From Thermodesulfovibrionales bacterium (GTDB taxonomy: Bacteria > Nitrospirota > Thermodesulfovibrionia > Thermodesulfovibrionales > UBA6898), in assembly GCA_044450345.1 (NCBI GenBank), contig JBIOIY010000003.1:122646-186645 (forward strand): a stretch of DNA of 64,000 nucleotides, read 5' to 3'. Shown here piece by piece: positions 37,974 to 48,156 of the stretch (its first letter is position 1; each line of letters starts with the position of its first letter). A model generated the notes under the pieces. The model did not search any database. It was not told the DNA's origin and saw nothing but the letters and a program-made list of their open reading frames with translations. Made by a program: the position numbers and the translations under genes.

Positions 37974-38251
37974 CCGGGCTTCGCCCAGAACCCCAGCAAC
38001 GCGGGAGCAGAAGTTTAAAGTTCGGTAGCAGGAAGTGTGACAGTTGGGAATTCCCCTTCGAAAATTTAGGTGAGCATGGTCACCGGAGCGTTTAAAATTT
38101 TAGCATGTCTGAGCACCGATGTTAGGGGCGAGTTCTAAAATTTAGCGAGGACGACCAGCGCAGCCGTTTGAAATTTTCGTTGGGGCGCATTCTTTGGGCT
38201 ACCTTGCTTGGGCGGCAAGAAAGGTTGCTGGGGCACGGGGCGACGCCCCGA
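37974..38251. repeat. MITE-like element containing repeat copy B (38170-38251)
   Basis: Left end CGGGCTTCGCCCAGAACCCCAGCAAC is an imperfect inverted match to right end GTTGCTGGGGCACGGGGCGACGCCCCG. Confidence 0.6.
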
Positions 38252-38526
38252 TTCTATAATGTTTTGTGATGTTGGCGGATCCGAAGTGTATTTTCCGATG
38301 ATTCACGACTTACGATTCACGTCTTCCTGATTCTTAAGCTGAGTGCTGATCGCTGACAGCTTATAGCTTAGGTATTTACTTCTTCCTACTCACTACCTTA
38401 CAATGATTTGAGCGGATCGGGGGATCTTCTACCCTCTTTCACGCTTGCCTTATAAGAAATGCGGGTCTGATGATTAGCCAAAGGCTCCTACTAATTGGAT
38501 TGGGTATCAAGCGTGACAAGTAGATC

Positions 38527-38591
38527 GTATAACCAGTCGCTCAAGCCGATCGCGGCCCCGTGGGCCGCTCCGCCTTAGCTTTTAGTTGAAG
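38527..38591 (+). mobile_element. Integron attC-like recombination site (solitary)
   Basis: TAAC-CAGTCGCTCAAGCCGA...GCGGCCC/GGGCCGC...CCGCCTTAGCTTTTA-GTTGAAG; a TAG lies just upstream. Confidence 0.65.
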
Positions 38592-38967
38592 CTGTAGAAA
38601 TGTCCTAAAAAGGCTGGAAGAGTGTCATTCTGTTTTGATAAGATGCTAGGGAGACAGCTTATCATGTGTTGGATGAATCGGCTCAGACGCACGGTGCCAC
38701 GGATGGAGTCTGGTGTATGTTCGCGATAAACCACGCCGAAGCTGGTCACGACTGTAGTAGCTCTCCATATCTTGGCGACAGCCGTATTTGTGGGTTTGAT
38801 GAGTCAGAACGATGTCGATTCTAATGACTTGCAGCTGACAAGATAATGCGCAGATCAAATTGTCATGGAAAAAAGATAGGGTCAGGGGGCGCCTTGATAC
38901 CAGACAGGTCAATTCCAAATTATAAAAGTCTGACCCTCCAGATGTAATATAATAAGGAGAATGGCAT

Positions 38968-39411
38968 ATGGCAAAAATCGGAATTCTGACATGCTCGAAT
39001 GCGACGCAGGACCTTGGCTGTTCTTCGGTGAGCTGCCTGGCGGATTTTCGGAAGCGAAAAGGAACGTTCGCCGGATATCCTGAGGATGAAAAGCTCACTT
39101 TGACCGGAATCATAAATTGCCCAGGCTGTCCGACGCTTACCGGCCCGGACAAGTTAATCGAAAGAATCAGAGCCTTAACTGATTTTGGGGTCGATACTAT
39201 ACATTTCTCTTATTGCGTGAAAGCCCTCTGCCCTTTCAAAGAGAAATACAATGGTGCACTTGAACAATCGTTCCCAAAGATTAGAATTATCATCGGAACA
39301 CATGAAGAACATATCACCCCGGAGGAATTCCGCCGGCGCGTTAAGAAACTATTCCGCCAGCCACGGAAAACAATGGTCGATATCATTTTGAATAAAGACG
39401 AAGAGGGCTGA
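38968..39411 (+). CDS. CGGC-domain protein
   Basis: KIGILTC, C...C, CPGC, IHFSYC, CP and GTH. Confidence 0.85.
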   Translation: MAKIGILTCSNATQDLGCSSVSCLADFRKRKGTFAGYPEDEKLTLTGIINCPGCPTLTGPDKLIERIRALTDFGVDTIHFSYCVKALCPFKEKYNGALEQSFPKIRIIIGTHEEHITPEEFRRRVKKLFRQPRKTMVDIILNKDEEG

Positions 39412-39521
39412 CACGTATAAGGTTCCGCTCTGTCAAAGAAAAGTTCCCTTAATTAACGCCGCCGAGTTCCCTAAAAAATAGTTAATTTGACAATCTTCTT
39501 CCACTTGGTTAAATTTAAAGT

Positions 39522-39800
39522 ATGGGGGCATATGAAGGAAGGGAAAGAAGGCATCAGCGGAAAATATATGTCAGCGCCTTTGCCTACCGGTTGCCTTCCC
39601 GTTCTGCTGAAATCTTTTTCGGAGTCACCTCCAACATTAGCGATTCAGGGATGTGCATCTATTCCGACGTCCGGCCCGAAGAAGGTGAAAGCATAGAATT
39701 CAGAAGTTCCCTCCCCGTACCATCCACGATGGCAAATGTAAAGTGGGTCAAGAACGATGTAGACGGCCTCTACAAGATGGGGCTTGTGTTTGACGAGTAG
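39522..39800 (+). CDS. PilZ-domain protein
   Basis: ERRHQR and NISDSGMC; TTGACA-17-TAAATT promoter. Confidence 0.8.
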   Translation: MGAYEGRERRHQRKIYVSAFAYRLPSRSAEIFFGVTSNISDSGMCIYSDVRPEEGESIEFRSSLPVPSTMANVKWVKNDVDGLYKMGLVFDE

Positions 39801-39812
39801 GAACGGTTTCAC

Positions 39813-40340
39813 TCACCGGAGTATGCCCTTTATATAGTCGCTGATTTTGTCCACCCCATCTTCAACCGGCGTCCTTTCCGCATCAATAACGATCTCCGGA
39901 CTCACCGGTTTTTCGTAAGGCGCATTTACGCCCGGCACCGGCCAGCCTTTTTCCCCTTTTTTATAGATGTCCCGCGGCGCACCGCGGGTTTCCCGCCTCT
40001 GCAGTTCCCTTCTCCTGCATTCATCGACCGAACATTCCAGATAGACCTCGACATACCCGGGGACCAGAGAGCGTGCAAGCTCGCGCCATTTCTTCAGGTT
40101 GCCGGTAGCATCGATTATCACGCTATGGCCCAGGTCCGTCAGCTCTTTTGCGAGGAAGACAAGACAACGGTAGACGATATCGCGTTCTTCATCGGAATAA
40201 GAAGGCTCGGGGGTGACGACCTTCCTGATATCGTCCATGCGGAGGGTAATGAAATCAGGATGCCTTTCTTTCAAGGAATCAGCGATGCTGCTTTTGCCGC
40301 TTCCGGGAAGACCCGTTATCCATACCGCAATCCCGCCCAT
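39813..40340 (-). CDS. Adenylyl-sulfate kinase-like P-loop kinase
   Basis: WITGLPGSGKS, EVYL.C and PGVNAPYE.P. Confidence 0.75.
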   Translation of the reverse strand: MGGIAVWITGLPGSGKSSIADSLKERHPDFITLRMDDIRKVVTPEPSYSDEERDIVYRCLVFLAKELTDLGHSVIIDATGNLKKWRELARSLVPGYVEVYLECSVDECRRRELQRRETRGAPRDIYKKGEKGWPVPGVNAPYEKPVSPEIVIDAERTPVEDGVDKISDYIKGILR

Positions 40341-40406
40341 AGTGAAAGCTTAGCCCGCACCGCCGGGAATATCAAGGCGGCACACCGCCGAAAAAATTAA
40401 TAGTAG

Positions 40407-40511
40407 TTCACCGCAGAGACGCAAAGCTCGCTGAGGTAAAGTTAATTTTGTTTTCAGGTGGAGTGCCGACAGAAAGAATACCCTCTGTGTCCTTTGCGCC
40501 TCTGCGGTGAA
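40407..40511. repeat. Palindromic intergenic repeat
   Basis: TTCACCGCAGAGACGCAAAG ... CTTTGCGCCTCTGCGGTGAA, 20-bp inverted ends with one mismatch. Confidence 0.75.
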
Positions 40512-40536
40512 TTTAGCCTGCACCCAGAGCAGTTAC

Positions 40537-41487
40537 TCAGACAGGAAAGCCGTTCTCTGCAAGGTGTGAGGAAAGTATCTCCTTTGCAGTCTCTATATCC
40601 GATTTTATCTGGGTCACAAGGGCCTCGGCGCCCTTGAACTTCTTCTCCTCCCTTATCTTCCTGATGAAGTAGAGCGAGATGTCCTCGCCGTAGATGTCCT
40701 CATTGAAATCAAAGACGTGCACCTCGATCGCAAGTACCTTTTTGTTGAAGGTGGGACGCATGCCTATATTAGCTATGCCGTCATACACTTTCTCGCGAAC
40801 GATGAGTCTGACCGCATACACCCCGTCGGCCGGGATGATCGAATGCTTCGGCGCTATGTTTGCGGTGGGGAAGCCGAGGCCTTTTCCCCTTCCGTCCCCT
40901 TTGACGACTATGCCGGTGATCGCATAGGTCCTTCCAAGGAGTTTCGCGGCATGTTCGACATCGCCCTCCCGAAGCAGGGTGCGGATCTTCGTGCTGCTTA
41001 TCACCTCGCCGCCGAAGGCTATCTGCTCGATCTCCCTCACGGCGAATCCATATTTTTCACCCAGGCTTCTCAGGGTGCGGATGTCCCCCTTCCTTCCTTT
41101 TCCGAAGCGGTAATTATAGCCCACGAATATCTCCTTTGCGCCGAGGGTACCGCATAAGACATCCCTCACAAAGTCCTCGGGAGGCATGGCTGAGAATTCG
41201 AGGGTGAAGGGTATCTTGACAAGGACATCGATGCCGAGTCTTTCAAAGAGCTTGATCTTCTCCTCGTAGATGCTGATGAGGGGAGGGCATTTCTCCGGAG
41301 CGAGTATCTTCAGCGGATGGGGCCTGAAGGTCACCACCATGCTCAGCGCCCCTGTTTCCCGCGCACGGCGGATGATCATCCTCACCAGCTCCTGATGTCC
41401 GAGATGGAGGCCGTCGAAGTTCCCGAGGGTGAGAATGCTGTTGTCGAATTTCTTCTGTATATTTTTCAGGTCGGTGATTAATATCAT
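40537..41487 (-). CDS. ribF: Riboflavin kinase/FAD synthetase
   Basis: GNFDGLHLGH, ISSTKIR, GFPTAN and NIG.RPT. Confidence 0.95.
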   Translation of the reverse strand: MILITDLKNIQKKFDNSILTLGNFDGLHLGHQELVRMIIRRARETGALSMVVTFRPHPLKILAPEKCPPLISIYEEKIKLFERLGIDVLVKIPFTLEFSAMPPEDFVRDVLCGTLGAKEIFVGYNYRFGKGRKGDIRTLRSLGEKYGFAVREIEQIAFGGEVISSTKIRTLLREGDVEHAAKLLGRTYAITGIVVKGDGRGKGLGFPTANIAPKHSIIPADGVYAVRLIVREKVYDGIANIGMRPTFNKKVLAIEVHVFDFNEDIYGEDISLYFIRKIREEKKFKGAEALVTQIKSDIETAKEILSSHLAENGFPV

Positions 41488-41491
41488 TCCT

Positions 41492-42322
41492 TCAGCTCCT
41501 CAGCAGATTCCCCATCTCCCGGTAGATCTCGTTTCCGATCTCTATCCCGAGGTCGATGAATTCAGGCCCGAACCTCTTTCCGGTCTCTGTCCTGAATGTC
41601 TCTTTTATCTTTCTGACCCCCTTCATCTTTTCGATGAAAGTGAGGTAAAGCGCCCGGGCGGGTGTTCCCGAAGATTCCATGATCAGCCAGAGCGTGGTAG
41701 TAAAATTGTCCGGCCCCCACCTGAACTTGTCAGCATCATAGAGCGAGTCGCTGACCAGCTTCGCATCTTCGTCCTCAGAAGTAAGGACTTCCTTGAATGC
41801 CTCGTGGTTCCTGATTGCCGACGTTATGTAACGCTTATATCTCTCATCCAAATCGAAATCTTCGAGGATCTTTCCAGCCTCTATGCCTCCTTTGGCGGTA
41901 TGGTCTTTCTCGTTGCGTTTGATATCGTGAAAAAGTCCCGCTATCTGCGCACAGAGCATAAGTTCATCCGTCCTTTCCCGGCCTCTGTCCCCCGCAAAAC
42001 TCTCGATCTGAAGGACCGCGCCAGCTTCTATCGCCACCATCTCTCCATGCTGTATGCCGTGGGCAGGATGCATCTTCGACTCGTCGAGGTAGGACCTGCA
42101 TTTGGCGAGCACCTCGCTTTCAGAAAAGGACAAGAGCGATTTTTCGAGTTCCTTCTTGTGGGTACGGTAAAAAGAGGGGGGACCGATCCGCCGGGCCACG
42201 CTCGATGCCTTCTCTTTTAATACTGGATAGATAGGTTCTCTTAACAAATGATCCACAATCCTTGAATATAATATATAATTATAATAATTTTCGGGTGATG
42301 TTTTCCCTATTATTTTCAACAT
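41492..42322 (-). CDS. HD-domain phosphohydrolase (start uncertain)
   Basis: HG..H, FHDIKR, IRNHE and LYDADK. Confidence 0.8.
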   Translation of the reverse strand: MLKIIGKTSPENYYNYILYSRIVDHLLREPIYPVLKEKASSVARRIGPPSFYRTHKKELEKSLLSFSESEVLAKCRSYLDESKMHPAHGIQHGEMVAIEAGAVLQIESFAGDRGRERTDELMLCAQIAGLFHDIKRNEKDHTAKGGIEAGKILEDFDLDERYKRYITSAIRNHEAFKEVLTSEDEDAKLVSDSLYDADKFRWGPDNFTTTLWLIMESSGTPARALYLTFIEKMKGVRKIKETFRTETGKRFGPEFIDLGIEIGNEIYREMGNLLRS

Positions 42323-42348
42323 AGCGCGGGAGAGGCACTTTTTAAGCA

Positions 42349-44409
42349 ATGTTCGACAAGAAACTGAAACTGTACTCCCGGATCCTCGACCATGTCGCGG
42401 ACGGTATCTATTTCGTCGGCGGCAACAGAAAGATCCTTTACTGGAATGAAGGTGCGGCCTCGATCACCGGTTTCTCCGCGGAAGAGATGGTCGGCGAGAA
42501 CTGTTATACCGAACTTCTCGGTCACGAAGACGAAAAAGGCAATACGCTATGTGACCTGGGTTGTCCGTTGACAGCCGGCATGGGAAGCGGCCCCCTTCGG
42601 AGAAACCTCTTCCTCAGGGCGAAAGACGGCAGAAAGCTTCTTGTAGAGGAGCACATCTCCTCTGTGTATGAGAGGGGGAAACTGGCCGGGGTGATCATCG
42701 CTTTCAGAGAGGTCTCGGCCTTCATGGGCCTCAGGCTGTTTCAACTCCGGACGCAAAAGATCGAGCGCCTTATTCCGATCTGCGGGTGGTGCAAGAAGAT
42801 CAGGGACGGGGCCGGCAGATGGGAGCAGCTTGAGACTTTTCTGACCGACGAGGGCTTCGGAGAATTCACCCACTCGATGTGCCCGGTATGCGCGGAAAAG
42901 ATATTCACGAAGAAAATATATATGGAGAACTACCAGAACATCTGCAAGGCGATAAGCACCAGCCTTTCTCTGGAGGAGGTCCTGAAGCTCATCGTGACAA
43001 ATGTGGTCAAGGTAATGAACGTCAAGGCGAGTCTCCTCAGGCTGTTGAACAAGGAGAAGAACCAGCTTGAGATCGCGGCATACCACGGCCTGAGCGCGAG
43101 TTATGCGAACAAGGGGCCCGTCGAATATGACGCAAGTATCGATGACGCGCTGGCAGGGAAGCCTGTGTCGATCTACGATATCACGGCCGACAAGAACGCC
43201 AGATACAGAAAGGAAGCTGAAAGAGAAGGCATAAGGAGTATCCTCTCTATCCCTCTGCGGTTCAAGGACGAAGTGATCGGTGTGCTCAGGATGTATACCT
43301 CCGAACCTGTCGAGTATTCCGACGAAGACCTCAAGTTTGTCGCCGCTATCGCCGAACAGGCCGCTATCGCGATCATGAACGCCCGCATGTTCGAAAAGTC
43401 CGTTTCAAGGGAGAGGGAATATCTGAACGTTTTTCAGACTGTGACCGATGCGGTGAGCGGGACGCTCAACGTCGGCGAGGTCCTCGGCCTGATCGTCAAG
43501 AAGATCCCCGAGGTCCTTCACCTCAAGGGGGCGACGATCCGTCTCCTGGACGATACCGGCACCGAACTGAAACTCGTTGCAGCGCATGGCCTGAGCGAGA
43601 AATACCTCAATAAGGGACCGGTCGATACAGAGGAAAATATCAAGGCTGCCCTGAATGAGAGCCCCGTGGCGATCAGTGACGCAGCCACCGACCCGAGGAT
43701 AAGATACAAGAAAGAGGCCGAAGAGGAGGGGATCAAGAGCATGCTTACCCTCCCGATCATTGCCCGCGGCAGGGTGATCGGAGTCCTGAGGCTGCTGACC
43801 GGATATCCGCGGCATTTTTCGAATGAGGAGATCGATTTTGCGGCCTCCCTTGCCAAGCAATGCGGCACTGCGATCGAAAACGCGCGGCTGTACGAGGGGC
43901 AGTACAGGGAGATCCAATACCTCAAGACGATACAGGAAGTATCCAGGGCGATCAGCTCGACCCTGAACGTCAGGGGGGTGCTCGACATGATCGTTCAAAG
44001 AATACCCCGGATCATGAACACGAAGGCGGCGACGATAAGGCTCCTCGACGAATCCTGGAAAAAACTCGAACTCGTTGCTTCCCACGGTCTCAGCGAACGA
44101 TACCTCAACCGCGGCCCTGTGGACGCCGAGGAAAGCATTTCATTGGCACTTGAGGGAAGACCGCTTGCCATTTACGACGCCACGTCAGACCCCAGGATCT
44201 TTTACCGTGACGCCGCAAGAGAAGAGGGCATTAAGAGCATACTCGTTGTGCCTATCGTCGTCCTCGGAAGAGTCATCGGCATAATGAGGCTCCTTACCGG
44301 GGAATATCGCGTGTTCCGGCAGGAGGAGATAGAGTTTGCCGTTGCACTGGCCGAACAGGGGGGCATAGCCATCGAAAACGCCAGGATGTATGAGAAGATG
44401 AAGAGGTGA
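42349..44409 (+). CDS. PAS, Cys-motif and three-GAF sensor protein without an output domain
   Basis: WN.GA..ITG PAS, CGWCKKIRD...THSMCPVC and three GAF repeats ending AI.NAR. Confidence 0.85.
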   Translation: MFDKKLKLYSRILDHVADGIYFVGGNRKILYWNEGAASITGFSAEEMVGENCYTELLGHEDEKGNTLCDLGCPLTAGMGSGPLRRNLFLRAKDGRKLLVEEHISSVYERGKLAGVIIAFREVSAFMGLRLFQLRTQKIERLIPICGWCKKIRDGAGRWEQLETFLTDEGFGEFTHSMCPVCAEKIFTKKIYMENYQNICKAISTSLSLEEVLKLIVTNVVKVMNVKASLLRLLNKEKNQLEIAAYHGLSASYANKGPVEYDASIDDALAGKPVSIYDITADKNARYRKEAEREGIRSILSIPLRFKDEVIGVLRMYTSEPVEYSDEDLKFVAAIAEQAAIAIMNARMFEKSVSREREYLNVFQTVTDAVSGTLNVGEVLGLIVKKIPEVLHLKGATIRLLDDTGTELKLVAAHGLSEKYLNKGPVDTEENIKAALNESPVAISDAATDPRIRYKKEAEEEGIKSMLTLPIIARGRVIGVLRLLTGYPRHFSNEEIDFAASLAKQCGTAIENARLYEGQYREIQYLKTIQEVSRAISSTLNVRGVLDMIVQRIPRIMNTKAATIRLLDESWKKLELVASHGLSERYLNRGPVDAEESISLALEGRPLAIYDATSDPRIFYRDAAREEGIKSILVVPIVVLGRVIGIMRLLTGEYRVFRQEEIEFAVALAEQGGIAIENARMYEKMKR

Positions 44410-44449
44410 CTGTTCCGGAGTCTCCCTGCAAGAAATTCTTCTTCGTATA

Positions 44450-44971
44450 CTACCACTCTTCCCAGTGAATATTTTCCTCCTTGAATTTGTCTAAAGCCTT
44501 CCCTTTCTCCCTGGGGACACCAATAGGTATGACATTCAGGGGAATACTATTTTCAGGGATATTTAAAATCTTTCTGACGTTCGCGATTCTCTCCTTATCC
44601 ACGTGCACCGCTGTCCAGACAGCGCCCAGACCGAGGGCATGACACGCGAGAAGGATATTTTCACTTGCAGCAGAGCAATCCATTACCCAATAATCTTTGC
44701 TGAAAACCTTATCCTTGTCGGGAATACCACAGACTACAATAGCAGCCCCGGCTTTATCCAGCATTTTGGCGTAAGGAAGCTTGTCGCAGAGTTCATCAAG
44801 GGTCTCTCTCTTTGTCACAACAACAAATGCCCACGGCTGAATGTTAACCGCGGAAGGAGCTGCCATCGCCGCCCTCAAAATAGCGGTCAGGGTTTCATGT
44901 GAGACTGCTTCTCCGGTAAATGACCTTACACTTCTTCTGGAATAGATACTATTTAGTGTTTCATTCTCCAT
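44450..44971 (-). CDS. Nitroreductase family protein
   Basis: RRSVR, AAPSA.N.QPW and LGLGAVW. Confidence 0.9.
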   Translation of the reverse strand: MENETLNSIYSRRSVRSFTGEAVSHETLTAILRAAMAAPSAVNIQPWAFVVVTKRETLDELCDKLPYAKMLDKAGAAIVVCGIPDKDKVFSKDYWVMDCSAASENILLACHALGLGAVWTAVHVDKERIANVRKILNIPENSIPLNVIPIGVPREKGKALDKFKEENIHWEEW

Positions 44972-45190
44972 ATTTTCCTCCCTACAGTATTACCTCTGTC
45001 CTTAGGCAAGAATAAATTCCATTCCTTATCAAGGGTATTATATCACCTGTCGGGTAAACTATTTTCGGGAAGGACTTTTTTAAACGGAAAAGCCGCAATT
45101 GGGCAGTTGTATGTTATCGAAGAATAATGAACATAGATTCTTGACATTAATTCTTCTTTGACTTATATTTGGAGTGAAAAGAGGAAGTGA

Positions 45191-45472
45191 ATGGCGGCTG
45201 ATAGTGTGAGGCAAAGAAAATACCAGCGGATTCCTTACAAGGGGAATATGGAGATATGCGTGCATTCGCATCTTAAGGATGAAACGCTGCTGAGTACAGG
45301 CTCCAATATCAGTGATTTTGGTGTCTGCATCTATACCTTTAAACCTCTCAAAGAAGGCCAGGATATAATATTCAAAAGTAATCTCCCTATGCGGCATCAA
45401 AGGGGAAATGTAAGATGGATCAAACAATGTAATCGCAGTATCTACCGGGTGGGAGTTCTGTTTACGGACTGA
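45191..45472 (+). CDS. PilZ-domain protein
   Basis: QRKYQR, NISDFGVC and VRW. Confidence 0.75.
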   Translation: MAADSVRQRKYQRIPYKGNMEICVHSHLKDETLLSTGSNISDFGVCIYTFKPLKEGQDIIFKSNLPMRHQRGNVRWIKQCNRSIYRVGVLFTD

Positions 45473-45512
45473 TTGAAGGATGCCCGCAACTCCGGAGCGT
45501 TGACGGAGCTGT

Positions 45513-45848
45513 CTAGCGTTTATCTTTAGTCCCCAAATAGTCTCCGAGCATCCCCCTGCTGTGCTCGTCCTCGTGGCAATAGATGCAGAGATTTTCCCAG
45601 TTGGAGCCATCGGGCGGATTGTTTCTGTGGTTGCCGTCTTTATGATGAACAGTCAAGAGATGCCGGTCCTTATATTCGAACTCCCTACCGCATTTGGCGC
45701 AGATAAGCCCGTGTATTTTAAGGGACTGTTCCCGGTAATCACTCGCAGAACCGCTCACCTGTTTCAATTCCTTCACGATGTCTTCAACTGACTTTTCACC
45801 GCCCTTTTGCGGTATTTTTCTTAAATCTCGAAGTCGTTTATGTCTCAT
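45513..45848 (-). CDS. YajD-like HNH nuclease
   Basis: YREQSL, C.KCGREF and LTVHHKD.NH.NNP.DGSNWE.LC.YCH. Confidence 0.85.
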   Translation of the reverse strand: MRHKRLRDLRKIPQKGGEKSVEDIVKELKQVSGSASDYREQSLKIHGLICAKCGREFEYKDRHLLTVHHKDGNHRNNPPDGSNWENLCIYCHEDEHSRGMLGDYLGTKDKR

Positions 45849-45855
45849 GAGGCTC

Positions 45856-46056
45856 TCATCCCTGCTTTCTTCTTGCGGTAACGGTTTCTCCTCCTATTCC
45901 CCAGTTGTCCGTCCCGATCTCCTCGATTACGACCACAGTGGTTTGGGGATTCTTGCCCAATACGTCCGCAAGCAGCCGGGTAACTCCCTTAATAAGCTCT
46001 GCCTTTTTTTCCGGCGGCGTCCCGTCTTTCGTGATTTTGATATTGACATAAGGCAT
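45856..46056 (-). CDS. 4-oxalocrotonate tautomerase family protein
   Basis: N-terminal MP and WGIGG; SD GGAGGT. Confidence 0.9.
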   Translation of the reverse strand: MPYVNIKITKDGTPPEKKAELIKGVTRLLADVLGKNPQTTVVVIEEIGTDNWGIGGETVTARRKQG

Positions 46057-46081
46057 ACGCACCTCCCTCGGGATTATCGGG

Positions 46082-46732
46082 TCACTTACACTTTTCGGCC
46101 AGCTCCTGAAAGGAGCGGCGCCAGGACTCAGACAGGGCCGGGACATCCAGGACTTTCCTGATGCCCGCACAATTCTTCTTTTTGCGATGATAGATATTGT
46201 TGGCGAACGCGATAGTTATTTCATGGGGGTCTCTCACTTTTAGTGCAAAGGGACTATCTTTTTCCACGACGCCTTCTCCAAGTACTCTGCAGTAAAATCC
46301 CGTGCGCCCTGAATCCACTACAAGCTTGACCATATCCGTCCTCCCGTATCTGGCTGCCAGTGTCTTGCACGGTTGCCGCGGTTGAGAAACCTGAACGACT
46401 GCCGATCCGAGCTGAAAAATATCACCTATGCAGACATCCCTTTCAGTGAGACCGCTTATGGTGATATTTTCGCCGAATGCAGCGACCGGTAGCGTGATGC
46501 CGAGAACGTCTTTCCAATAAGGATAGTGGTCCGAACTATAGATACAGACCGCCTTGTCCGGGCCGCCGTGATGTTTAGTGTCGCCCACGCCGTCACCTGC
46601 GAAGCCGAGTCTCCCGAGACGAATAGGCCCGGAGACAGGGTTTTTGCATATCCCGGTCACTATCTCCCGGCCGCCGAATAGTTCCTCTTTCGGAAGGCCG
46701 ATAGCAAGTGATTCGATCCGCATGCGTTTCAT
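46082..46732 (-). CDS. MOSC-domain protein (YiiM-like)
   Basis: HGGPDKAV, FGEN, SQPRQPC and TGFY. Confidence 0.9.
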   Translation of the reverse strand: MKRMRIESLAIGLPKEELFGGREIVTGICKNPVSGPIRLGRLGFAGDGVGDTKHHGGPDKAVCIYSSDHYPYWKDVLGITLPVAAFGENITISGLTERDVCIGDIFQLGSAVVQVSQPRQPCKTLAARYGRTDMVKLVVDSGRTGFYCRVLGEGVVEKDSPFALKVRDPHEITIAFANNIYHRKKKNCAGIRKVLDVPALSESWRRSFQELAEKCK

Positions 46733-46866
46733 ATATCCATAGTATTCGAAAGAAGGCGAGTTATCAAGGGCAACCGCAATCAACCATCAACTTTGAGCGT
46801 GGTCGTATTATCAGCCTTTTGTTGATGGATTCGGGGGTAAAAGGAAAAATGATTTCCCCGGAGAAA

Positions 46867-46898
46867 TTAAAAAGGCCGTGTTGCCACGGCCTTTTTAA
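46867..46898. terminator. Intrinsic terminator of atpBE (bidirectional form)
   Basis: AAAAAGGCCGTG-TTGC-CACGGCCTTTTT. Confidence 0.85.
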
Positions 46899-46913
46899 GA
46901 ACCGATGCGTGAA

Positions 46914-47273
46914 CTAAACCTTAAACGGATTGACGAAGAGCAGGATCAACGCCACAACAAGGGCGTAAATCGCGAGAGACTCGATCATGGCGAGACCGAT
47001 GATCAGGGTCGTCGTGATCTTCCCGGATGCGCCGGGGTTTCTTGCGATACCCTCTGTGGCACCCTTAAGGCCCATGCCCTGGCCTATACTGGCTCCGAAG
47101 GCCGCAATCCCGATTGCGAGACCGCAGGCAAGCGCTGCGACTCCATAATATCTGAGTTTTGCGTCTCCGGGTGCTGCCGCCGCTCCGGCTGCGGCCTCTT
47201 CGGCAAATACCGCAGGTGCGAGCAGAACGACCAGTGAAAGTACAAGAAGAATTGCTGAAATTGTCTTCTTCAT
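46914..47273 (-). CDS. atpE: ATP synthase F0 subunit c with N-terminal extension
   Basis: GQG, IARNP and MIESLAIY. Confidence 0.95.
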   Translation of the reverse strand: MKKTISAILLVLSLVVLLAPAVFAEEAAAGAAAAPGDAKLRYYGVAALACGLAIGIAAFGASIGQGMGLKGATEGIARNPGASGKITTTLIIGLAMIESLAIYALVVALILLFVNPFKV

Positions 47274-47304
47274 GTCTTATTCCTCCTTCCTCAAGGACTT
47301 TGGA

Positions 47305-47991
47305 TTAATGTGCCTCTTCTACGGCACCGGCAAGATAAAGCGCTGTCAATAATGTAAAGACAAACGCCTGGATTACGCTGACGAGTACGCCGAGCACCAG
47401 AATCGCCACCGGCACGACCGCCGGAGCAAGGATCCCGAGCACGCCGATTATGTAATGCTTTGCACTCATATTACCGAAAAGTCTGACCGAAAGGGTGAGG
47501 GGTCTGGCGATGTGGCCGATGAACTCAATAACAAACATAAGGAGCATGAGAGGAAGGGCAAATATGGAACGTATAGGGCCGAGGAAGTGTTTGATATACC
47601 CAAATCCATGCACCCAGATTCCGTAGACGTGGGTCGCCAGAAAAACCGGAATCGCCATCGCCGCGTTCGTGTTGATGTTGCTCGTGGGAGATGAGAATCC
47701 GGGGATTAGTCCCATAAAATTGCACGTGGCGATGAAGAGCGCCAGCGTTGCGATAAGGGGGAATAACGGCCTTGCCCAATGATGGCCTATGTTATCTTCG
47801 GCAAGAGTAAGGAGCGCCTCAATAATCGTTTCCACGACATTCTGTGTGCCCTGCGGTACGAGCCTAAGCGAGCTCCTCACGATCAAGGCGAGCACTATCA
47901 AGAGGAGGGAAGCGAGGAACGCGTAAGAGACATAATGTGGGACCACTTCAGGATTGAAGAATATATCCATCAAAAGTTTTTCTTCGTGCAT
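47305..47991 (-). CDS. atpB: ATP synthase F0 subunit a
   Basis: N.MGLIP, PTSNIN, RPLTLSVRLFGN and IQAFVF. Confidence 0.95.
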   Translation of the reverse strand: MHEEKLLMDIFFNPEVVPHYVSYAFLASLLLIVLALIVRSSLRLVPQGTQNVVETIIEALLTLAEDNIGHHWARPLFPLIATLALFIATCNFMGLIPGFSSPTSNINTNAAMAIPVFLATHVYGIWVHGFGYIKHFLGPIRSIFALPLMLLMFVIEFIGHIARPLTLSVRLFGNMSAKHYIIGVLGILAPAVVPVAILVLGVLVSVIQAFVFTLLTALYLAGAVEEAH

Positions 47992-48156
47992 AAGGGCCTC
48001 CTTTGTGAAAAATCGAGGTAATGTTACAAAAGGCTAAGCACAAATGTCAACAGCAAAGGTAAAATAACTTGCATTTTTTAATTTGGTAATGTCTTAATAA
48101 TTATAATTAATATGCTGTTTGAATGAAAATAAGTATAATATGGGGCAAGAGGAAAT

